From Clostridia bacterium (GTDB lineage: Bacteria > Bacillota > Clostridia > Oscillospirales > CAG-272): a stretch of DNA of 50,306 nt. Under the pieces are notes generated by a model that saw nothing but the letters and a program-made list of their open reading frames with translations, was not told where the DNA came from and made no database searches. Shown in pieces: positions 35,390-43,074 of the stretch (its first letter is position 1; each line of letters begins with the position of its first letter). Location of the stretch: contig JAFTCT010000104.1 of NCBI GenBank assembly GCA_017454525.1, positions 1-50,306 on the forward strand, given 5' to 3'. The position numbers and the translations under genes are program-made.

Positions 35390-35504
35390 ATTGTAGCGCA
35401 GAAGCGCGGAAAAGTCAAGAAGGTTGAGAAGCTTTTTCTTTGTTCCCGACGCGCGGCTATTTCTTTGTTCTCTGCTTGACAACCGCCGCCGTTCGCGCTA
35501 TAAT
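35390..35504. promoter_or_regulatory. Divergent SigA promoters for mnmA (-) and malQ (+)
   Basis: Minus: TTGACT(35418-35413)-17-TACAAT(35395-35390). Plus: TTGACA(35476-35481)-17-TATAAT(35499-35504). Confidence 0.75.
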
Positions 35505-35544
35505 ATATCCGTAGTAATACGCTATGGAAAGGAAGATTTCTGTA

Positions 35545-37002
35545 ATGATCGAACGTTCATCGGGCGTGCTCGCGCACGTGACCATGCTGCCGGGGCCCTA
35601 CGGCTGCGGCACCTTCGGCAGGGAAGCCGAACAATTCGTGGATCTGCTTTCGGAATGCGGCTTTACATACTGGCAGGTACTGCCGTTCTCGCATCCCGAG
35701 AGCGAGAACAGTCCCTATACCGCCTATTCGGCGTTCGCCTTCAATCCGCTGCTCATCGACCCGGGCATGCTCTTTGAGGTGGGGATGCTCGACGACGCCG
35801 AGGAGCGCGAAGCGCGCTGTAACGGTTCGCATTATACCGTCGATTTCGAGGAGGTCAAGAGACTGCGCAGCGCGGCGCTTCACCGCGCGTACGCCCGCAT
35901 AACGCCCGAGATCGGACGGCAGGTCAAGCGCTTCGTGAAGGAGGAGGAATACTGGCTGCCCGATTACGCCCGGTTCATGGACTGCAAGAAGGGAAAGGGC
36001 GACGGCGCGCGCGTCGGGTACTACGAGTTCGTGCAGTGGGTCGCGCACAGTCAGTGGCGGCATCTCAAAAAATACGCGAACGACCGGGGCGTGAAGATCT
36101 TCGGCGATATGCCGATCTATCTCTCCGCCGATTCCTCCGACGTATGGGCGCATCCCGAATACTTCCTTCTGGACGGCGAGCGCCGTCCCGAGGCGGTCGC
36201 CGGCGTGCCGCCCGACTATTTCTCTGCCGACGGACAGTTGTGGGGCAATCCGCTCTACGACTACGGCGCGATGGAGAAGGACGGGTACGAGTGGTGGATG
36301 CGGCGCATCGGGAAGTCGCTTAGTGACTTCGACGCCGTGCGCATCGACCATTTCAGGGGCTTTTCGCGCTTCTGGGCGGTGCCTTACGGGGCGAAGACCG
36401 CGCGCGAGGGCAAATGGATGAAGGGGCCCGGCATGAAGCTCTTCCGGCGGGTGAAGGAGCGCTTCCCCGACGGCAATATCATCGGCGAGGATCTCGGCGT
36501 GCTCGACGAGGCGGCGTACCGCTTCTTCCGTCAGGCGGGCTATCCCGGGATGCGCGTGCTGCAGTTCGCCTTCGGCAAGGGCGGCGATATGCACCGTCCG
36601 CACAACTACGCCGGGAAGACCGTCGCCTATACCGGCACGCACGACAACGACACCTTCCTCGGCCGCTTCTTCGAGATCGGCGAAGAGGAGAAGGACTTCA
36701 TGTGCCGCTATCTCGGCGTCGATAAAAACATCTGCTACGCGGGCGGACCCTACGCCCCCCTCTGCCGCGCGGCGGCGCGCGCCCTCTGGCAGTCGCAGGC
36801 GGTCCTAACCGTCTTGCCCTATCAGGATCTGATGGGCTGGGGCAACGATACCCGCATGAACCGTCCGGGCATTCCGACCGGATGCTGGAACGTGCGCATC
36901 ACCCCCGAGAGCGAGAGAGAACTCGACCGCGCGTTCTGGGCGCGGCTCAACCGCGACTTTGACAGAGACGGGAAAAAAGCCGGAAACGGAAAAAAGGAAT
37001 GA
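35545..37002 (+). CDS. malQ: 4-alpha-glucanotransferase (GH77)
   Basis: RSSGVL, WQVLP, GDMPIY, GVPPDYFS..GQLWGNP, RIDHFRG, IGEDLG, YTGTHDND. Confidence 0.95.
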   Translation: MIERSSGVLAHVTMLPGPYGCGTFGREAEQFVDLLSECGFTYWQVLPFSHPESENSPYTAYSAFAFNPLLIDPGMLFEVGMLDDAEEREARCNGSHYTVDFEEVKRLRSAALHRAYARITPEIGRQVKRFVKEEEYWLPDYARFMDCKKGKGDGARVGYYEFVQWVAHSQWRHLKKYANDRGVKIFGDMPIYLSADSSDVWAHPEYFLLDGERRPEAVAGVPPDYFSADGQLWGNPLYDYGAMEKDGYEWWMRRIGKSLSDFDAVRIDHFRGFSRFWAVPYGAKTAREGKWMKGPGMKLFRRVKERFPDGNIIGEDLGVLDEAAYRFFRQAGYPGMRVLQFAFGKGGDMHRPHNYAGKTVAYTGTHDNDTFLGRFFEIGEEEKDFMCRYLGVDKNICYAGGPYAPLCRAAARALWQSQAVLTVLPYQDLMGWGNDTRMNRPGIPTGCWNVRITPESERELDRAFWARLNRDFDRDGKKAGNGKKE

Positions 37003-37035
37003 TCCCCGGGGATCGCACATAGAAACGGAGGTCGT

Positions 37036-39876
37036 ATGAAAAGGATCGTGAAAGCGGCGTCGCTCATGCTGGCGCTGTGGCTGACGCTGTGCGGCGCCGC
37101 CGTGTTCTCTCTTGCCGCGTCGGCGGCGGAGTCTTTTATCTGGGACGAGGACAGGGAGGAGATCACGGTATTGAAAAACGTCGGGGGCAGTTATAACGGG
37201 GATACCGATACCTTCCCCTGGGCTGCCTACCGAAAAAGAGTCAGAAGAGTGCGGTTCGCCGACGCCGTGACGTCGGTCTCCTCCGCGGCGTTCTCCTCCT
37301 GCACGGCGCTGGAGGAGGTCGTGACGGGCAAGAACACGACGGCGTTCGGCGGCGACGCCTTTGCGTACTGCCCCTGCCTTGCGTCGATCGTTTTCTCCTG
37401 TCCCGTCGCGCGGATCGGGCAGGGAACGGTCTACGGGACCGATCTCTGGAACGTCACGCTCACCGACCAGACCAAAGAGGAATTCCTCGAGATCGCGGCG
37501 AAATCCCCCTATAACGACGGCTACGCCGACGAATGCGTGACCTATACGCTGGTGCGCACCGTCCCCTACGAGGCGTCCGGCGACGAGATGACGCTGCTGA
37601 CCGATCTGAACAAAACAAGCGCAAGCGACTATCCCTGGTACGGGGAGAAGGAAAAGACCGTGCGTCTGCGCGTGGCGGAGGGCGTGACGTCGATCGGCGC
37701 GCACGCCTTCGACGGCTTCGACCGGCTCGAGGAGGTGCTTCTGCCCTCGACGCTCACGGCGCTGGGCGACTATTGCTTTGCGAACTGCGCCTCGCTTGAA
37801 CGCATCCGCTTCGACGCGCCGGTGAAGACGGTCGGCGAGGGGACGGTTTGCGGGAGCGACGCGATCCGGTCGATCGTTCTGGAGGGACAGAGCGAAAGGT
37901 CCTTCAAGACGGTCGCGGCGCGGAAAAAATGGAACCTGGAGTCCAACGGCGGTGTGAGGACCGGATACGACCTTGCGTCGTACAGCGTCATGCATACCGG
38001 CGGGAAATGGGCGGGGATCGACGCGCTGACCGCTGCGGGCGAAAAAACGCGCGCCTGCGATATCGGCAAGAACGGTTACGTTTCCATTGACGACGTGACG
38101 AAACTGCTCAACGATCTCGCCGGCGCGGATCTGACCTGGGCGGGCGTGTACGACGACGCGAACGGCGACGGCGCGACCGATATCGGGGACGTGACGGCGG
38201 TACTGGATTTCCTGTCCGCCGGCTGTATGCATTCGCTGACAAAGGTCGACCGCGCCGAAGCGACCTGCAGCAAAGAAGGACATAAATCCTATTACGCCTG
38301 CGCCTACTGCGGCGAAGCGCTCACCGGGATAACCGTTCTTCAAAAGAAGCGTCACACGCCGACGGTTGAGCACACGGTGCTTCCGACCTGCGTTTCGAGC
38401 GGACACACGAAGGGCGAGACCTGCGCGGTGTGCGGAGAGGTGCTGACCGAAAAACAGATCCTGCCCGCCGACGGGATCCATACGCCCGAGGTCGATCCCG
38501 CAAGGAGCGCCGACTGCACGCACGACGGTCTTTCCGCCGGCAGTCACTGCGCCGTCTGCGGCGTAGTGCTGACCCCGCAGAGGGTCGTGGAAGAAAATCA
38601 CGGCGGGCACAGTTTTGAGGGCGGCGTCTGCAAGAAGTGCGGGCTGTCCGAGGAGGAGGCGGCGCACGCCGACGATCCCGTTCCGTACAGCGGGGTGCTG
38701 ACCGCGCTTGAAAACGGGCGCGCGCCCGGTATGCCCGACGGGGTGAATCCCGCGGTCATCGGCGGGAAATTCACGGTATTCTTCGATTTTGCGTTCAAAA
38801 ACGCGGGACTGGATCTCGCCGACGGAACAAAGATCAGCTATACGCTCATAAAGAACGGCGACAGTACAAGCGGCGTCGGGACGCTCGACAGCGGCGACGC
38901 GCGCATCCGGAACAGCTGCGGCTATATCGGCGTGAGTTTCCCCGTGAGCGTGCGCTGCGCCACCGGCGACCGGCTGACGGCGGAGTGCGCCTTCACCGAC
39001 CGGAACGGGAAAGCGTATTCGTTCAAAGGCTCCTTTACCGTCACGCTTCCGATGTGCGGCGTGGACACCTCGCTTTTCGTCGATCTTGCCGACGACGGCA
39101 TCTCGACGGTGATCGACGGATATGAGATCAGACAGTCCGGCGTCGTCGGTCAGAAGAGCTATCAGTTTACGATCCGGCTCGACAAATGGGCGGGCAACAC
39201 CTCGCCCGCGCAGATCGCGGTGTGCTCGAAACTCTTCTTTGACGTCTACCCGAGGATGCACGACCGCTTCGGCGAAAAGGGGAACAGCCCGCTGTCCGTC
39301 GTGCTGGCGATCGAAAACGAGGGCTACGGGATCGCGGCGACCTCCGGCAGTTTCGTGCATATCCACGACAACTGGTTAAAGGAGCATCCGCTCGATTTCG
39401 ACTGCCTGACCCACGAATACGCCCACGTCATACAGAACGGATGGAACGGCAGGTATCTTGAAACGAGCAACTATATAGAGCATTTCGCGGACGTCTGCCG
39501 CTATCTCTACGCCTTTGACGGAGGATCGGTCAACGACCGCGGATGGGGTCTTTCGACGGTCCGCTCTCAGGGCGACCGTATGAGCGCCGTGCGCTTCCAT
39601 CTCTGGTACGATTACTTCTATTCCACGCGAGACAACGATCTGCTATTAAAGTTCTTCGACGTCTGCCGGAACGGATGGATCCGCTCCGGCAGCTGGGACA
39701 GAGCCTGGGCGGAGATCTTCCGCGGCTCCGCTCTGGAGGGCAAGAGCATCGACGAGATCTTTGAAATGTATAGGTCTTCGGATTTCGCGCGTCTGAGCAC
39801 GCTTGCGCAGGTCGACGGCGCGTCCAAGCTGCAGGAGCGCTACGGCGTGAGGGAGAAAGCCTCAGAAATTTCATAA
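37036..39876 (+). CDS. Secreted modular protein: 2 BspA-type LRR modules, internal dockerin, Cys/His repeats, C-terminal BSP-type HExxH metallopeptidase
   Basis: Signal peptide; GVTSIGAHAF LRRs; DIGKNGYVSIDDV...DANGDGATDIGDV; H..TC...G...CxxCG repeats; THEYAHVIQ...IEHFADVCR. Confidence 0.8.
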   Translation: MKRIVKAASLMLALWLTLCGAAVFSLAASAAESFIWDEDREEITVLKNVGGSYNGDTDTFPWAAYRKRVRRVRFADAVTSVSSAAFSSCTALEEVVTGKNTTAFGGDAFAYCPCLASIVFSCPVARIGQGTVYGTDLWNVTLTDQTKEEFLEIAAKSPYNDGYADECVTYTLVRTVPYEASGDEMTLLTDLNKTSASDYPWYGEKEKTVRLRVAEGVTSIGAHAFDGFDRLEEVLLPSTLTALGDYCFANCASLERIRFDAPVKTVGEGTVCGSDAIRSIVLEGQSERSFKTVAARKKWNLESNGGVRTGYDLASYSVMHTGGKWAGIDALTAAGEKTRACDIGKNGYVSIDDVTKLLNDLAGADLTWAGVYDDANGDGATDIGDVTAVLDFLSAGCMHSLTKVDRAEATCSKEGHKSYYACAYCGEALTGITVLQKKRHTPTVEHTVLPTCVSSGHTKGETCAVCGEVLTEKQILPADGIHTPEVDPARSADCTHDGLSAGSHCAVCGVVLTPQRVVEENHGGHSFEGGVCKKCGLSEEEAAHADDPVPYSGVLTALENGRAPGMPDGVNPAVIGGKFTVFFDFAFKNAGLDLADGTKISYTLIKNGDSTSGVGTLDSGDARIRNSCGYIGVSFPVSVRCATGDRLTAECAFTDRNGKAYSFKGSFTVTLPMCGVDTSLFVDLADDGISTVIDGYEIRQSGVVGQKSYQFTIRLDKWAGNTSPAQIAVCSKLFFDVYPRMHDRFGEKGNSPLSVVLAIENEGYGIAATSGSFVHIHDNWLKEHPLDFDCLTHEYAHVIQNGWNGRYLETSNYIEHFADVCRYLYAFDGGSVNDRGWGLSTVRSQGDRMSAVRFHLWYDYFYSTRDNDLLLKFFDVCRNGWIRSGSWDRAWAEIFRGSALEGKSIDEIFEMYRSSDFARLSTLAQVDGASKLQERYGVREKASEIS

Positions 39877-39945
39877 CGCCCGGCAGGTCAGAATAAACGG
39901 ACGCGGGGGCTGCGGGCGGCGGAATACATAAATAAAAACATCGAC

Positions 39946-39989
39946 GGGGGTGTTTCATCCGGCGCAAATGCGCCAAATGAAACACCCCC
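39946..39989. repeat. REP-like palindrome, copy 3
   Basis: GGGGGTGTTTCATCCGGCGCAAATGCGCCAAATGAAACACCCCC; its reverse complement nearly matches copy 2. Confidence 0.8.
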
Positions 39990-40031
39990 TCATATACTGT
40001 TAGGGAAGTTCAAAAGAAAGGACGAAACGCA

Positions 40032-40277
40032 ATGAAACAAGAAAACGGAAGCGGTTTACGGCGCTTTTGCGTGATCGCCATGCCCTCCCTGACCTACGCC
40101 CTGCAGGGCGAAGCGCTGCTCGGCGGCGCGGGTTTTCCGCTGAGCGTGATCAAACTGCCCGCGGGCGCGACGAAAAAGGGCTGTTCCTACGGACTGCAGG
40201 TCGAATGCCGCAGGCTCGAGGAGGCGGTGCGGAGACTCGAAGCGAGGGGGATCCGGCACGGCGAACTCATCAGATAG
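40032..40277 (+). CDS. Small DUF3343-like protein
   Basis: 81 aa; SLTYA...L.....VIKLP....GCSYGL pattern; AAAGGA RBS; directly upstream of the desulfurase. Confidence 0.65.
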   Translation: MKQENGSGLRRFCVIAMPSLTYALQGEALLGGAGFPLSVIKLPAGATKKGCSYGLQVECRRLEEAVRRLEARGIRHGELIR

Positions 40278-40288
40278 GAGAAATGCCG

Positions 40289-41437
40289 ATGATCTATCTT
40301 GACAGCGCGGCAACGAGTTTTCACCGACCGCCGGAAGTGAAAAAAGCGCTTGAGGCGGCGCTGTCAATGGGCAATCCCGGGCGGGGCGGGCACCGCGCCG
40401 CCATGGAGGCGGCGAAGGCGCTGTACGGCGCGCGCGAGGCGTTTGCCGCGCATTTCGGCGCTTCGCCCGAGCGGGTGTGCTTCTTTTACAACGCGACCAC
40501 GGCGCTCAATACCGCCGTCAAAACGCTTTTGCCGAAGGGCGGACGGCTGCTTCTTTCCGATATGGAGCACAACGCCCTGCGCCGTCCGGCGCTGGCGCTG
40601 AAGAAGGCGGGCGTGACGGTCGACAGATTTAACGGGTACGGAAGCGAAGAGGAGATCGAAAAGAGTTTTTCGGAAGCGCTGAAAAAGAAACCCGACCTTG
40701 CGGCGTTTCTGCACGTCTCGAATATCTGTCCGCAGACCCTGCCTGTAAAAAAACTCTGCGCGCTCGCGCGGCGCGCGGGGGTCATGACGGTGATCGACTG
40801 CGCGCAGAGCGGCGGGCATCTGAAACTGGATCTGAACGCTGTCGGCGCCGACGGGTTCGTCTTTCCGTCCCACAAGGGACTGTGGGGCGTTCCCGGCGCC
40901 GGGATCCTGGTCGCGGGCGAAAGGGCGGCGGCGCTCTTCGAGAGGGCGGGCACGCTCATGGAGGGCGGCAGCGGGATGCATTCCTTCGAAGAGGGGATGC
41001 CGGCGCTGCTCCCCGAACGGCTTGAATGGGGCACGCCCGCGCTGCCGGCGATCCTCTCCGCCTCGGCGGGCCTGAAGGCGGTGTCTGAGATCGGGGAAGA
41101 GGAGATCGCCGGGAAGATCTCTAAGCTTGCGCGGCAGACCGCGGAGGGGATCGCCTCGATCAGGGGACTGCGCCTGCGGGGCATGGAGGGAACGCCGGGC
41201 GAATGCGGACCGCTGCTCTTCACCTGCGGAGGCGGCGAAAGCGCTCTGGCGCAGCGGCTGTACGACGAGGGGATCTGCCTTCGGGAGGGATACCATTGCG
41301 CGCCCTGGGCGCACGAAACGGTCGGAACGGAAAAAACGGGCGGTCTGCGCGTGAGTTTTTCGTATTTCAGCACGAAAAAAGAGATCGCCCGGTTCCTGTG
41401 GATCCTGAACCGGGCGGTCGAAAGCGGCGTGAATTGA
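40289..41437 (+). CDS. Cysteine desulfurase-family PLP enzyme (class V aminotransferase)
   Basis: MIYLDSAAT, GNPGRGGH, DCAQSGG, PSHKGL (PLP Lys), REGYHCAP (catalytic Cys). Confidence 0.92.
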   Translation: MIYLDSAATSFHRPPEVKKALEAALSMGNPGRGGHRAAMEAAKALYGAREAFAAHFGASPERVCFFYNATTALNTAVKTLLPKGGRLLLSDMEHNALRRPALALKKAGVTVDRFNGYGSEEEIEKSFSEALKKKPDLAAFLHVSNICPQTLPVKKLCALARRAGVMTVIDCAQSGGHLKLDLNAVGADGFVFPSHKGLWGVPGAGILVAGERAAALFERAGTLMEGGSGMHSFEEGMPALLPERLEWGTPALPAILSASAGLKAVSEIGEEEIAGKISKLARQTAEGIASIRGLRLRGMEGTPGECGPLLFTCGGGESALAQRLYDEGICLREGYHCAPWAHETVGTEKTGGLRVSFSYFSTKKEIARFLWILNRAVESGVN

Positions 41438-41463
41438 TCGGGGAACGCTATACCGGCGCCCGG

Positions 41464-43053
41464 TCACGAGCCCTCGCCGAAGAGGAGCGCCAGAACGTAC
41501 TCCGCGCCGAGACCGGCGACGCCGTCGGGATCGGAGAAAGCGGCGCCCGACGTGTCGAAACGGAAGAAGCCCGCGTTGTCGGCGCTGACGTCGCAGTACA
41601 GCGAGGGGCTGCAGAGGCGGACGGGATAGCGCGCATACCATGCGGGGAAAAACTGCGCCGTATACAGATCCGCCAGACGGAAGGCGTCGCAGTCCTCGCT
41701 TGTTCCGATCGCGGAGAGCTGGACGCCGCCTCCTCGAAGCCCTTCGCGGCTGTCGCCGACCGTGCTGTGGAGGATCACGGCGCTGCCGTCCGGGCAAAGT
41801 CCCAGACAGATGTACACGTGTCCCTTGATACTGACGATATCGCCGGGGCGCAGCGCGTCTTTGTAATTCTCAGGGGTCAGAGCGGTCGAAAAAGTGCCCA
41901 GACCCTGTTCCGACAACCGTTTCGCATAGGCGGTGGAGGGGGAGATGTATCCCTCTTCGCCGCTTTTCTCGTGCAGCGTGTTGTAGAGCGCCCAGGAGAG
42001 GAAGCCCGAGCAGTCGAGCCCCGCGTAGCCGTATTCGTTATACGCGCCGAAAGGATAGTAGCTGTGAGAGGCGTCGGCGTTCTTATACTCGTAACGCGCG
42101 TCGTTCTGACAGAAGAAATCGATCCAGGACTGCGCCAGTCCCGTACTGCAGGCGGCGCGCGCGGGACCGGCGTCCTGCCAGTCCCAGCCGCCGCCGTAAA
42201 CGTACAGTACGGCGCCTGCCGGCATGAGCGCGGTCCGCAGGAAGTTGGTCAGCGTTCTGACGCCCGGCATCCCGCCGACAGGCGGGATATAGACCGCCGG
42301 CGCGTCGGTAAGATAGCCGCAGGAGGCGTTTTCGGGCAGATAGAGCGCGTCACCGTCGCGGGGGGAGGAGCATTCCACGGCGGCGCCGCCCGGTTGAGAA
42401 ACGATCCTGTACAGCGTTTTGCCGTCGATCGGCGGGCGCCGTCCGCCGACGGTGAGCGTGCAGTTCTCTCCTTCGCAGACGCCGATAAAGGAGGCGGATG
42501 AAACGGGATTCAGGGCGGTTACAACGCCGTCCCCGATATAAAGATCGTAAATTTTTCCTTCCTCAAGGAGATTCTGAAGGGCGTAGGTCGGTCTGCCCGC
42601 GGCGTCGGCGGTGCGCGCAAGCGCCAGACGGCGTTCGGTACCTTCCGAAAAGAAGCGGTAGAGAAAGTCGTCCTTGTGCGCGCCGTCGACCCCCTCCTCG
42701 CCGTAGCGGTCTACGCCGAGATATACGGCGGTCACGGGCTTTTCACCGGGTTGCGTGAGCGTTTCCGTCGGCTCCGCCGACGTTGCAGAGGGCGACGGGA
42801 CGCTCGCCGTTCCGGTCGGGACCGGAACGTCTGTCGGCTCTTCCGGCGTCTGAGAGGGCGCGTCGGATGAGGACGGGACGGGAACGGACGTCGGAACGGC
42901 AAAAGAGGAAGTTCCCGCCGTTTGCCCGGAGGGAGAAGAGGCGTCCGGAAGGGAAGAGGACGCCGTCTCGCCGGAGGGCGTACGCGCGCAGGAAACGGCG
43001 GTGAGGATCAGCGCCGCGGTCAGGAGCAATAGGATCATTTTACACACTTTCAT
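41464..43053 (-). CDS. Lipoprotein with an S/P/T-rich linker and an NlpC/P60-type cysteine peptidase domain
   Basis: Lipobox AVSC; YVYGGG, GLDCSGFLSW, PGDIV...GHVYI, ILHS. Confidence 0.8.
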   Translation of the reverse strand: MKVCKMILLLLTAALILTAVSCARTPSGETASSSLPDASSPSGQTAGTSSFAVPTSVPVPSSSDAPSQTPEEPTDVPVPTGTASVPSPSATSAEPTETLTQPGEKPVTAVYLGVDRYGEEGVDGAHKDDFLYRFFSEGTERRLALARTADAAGRPTYALQNLLEEGKIYDLYIGDGVVTALNPVSSASFIGVCEGENCTLTVGGRRPPIDGKTLYRIVSQPGGAAVECSSPRDGDALYLPENASCGYLTDAPAVYIPPVGGMPGVRTLTNFLRTALMPAGAVLYVYGGGWDWQDAGPARAACSTGLAQSWIDFFCQNDARYEYKNADASHSYYPFGAYNEYGYAGLDCSGFLSWALYNTLHEKSGEEGYISPSTAYAKRLSEQGLGTFSTALTPENYKDALRPGDIVSIKGHVYICLGLCPDGSAVILHSTVGDSREGLRGGGVQLSAIGTSEDCDAFRLADLYTAQFFPAWYARYPVRLCSPSLYCDVSADNAGFFRFDTSGAAFSDPDGVAGLGAEYVLALLFGEGS

Positions 43054-43074
43054 ATGGTTTTTCCTTTTTATAGT

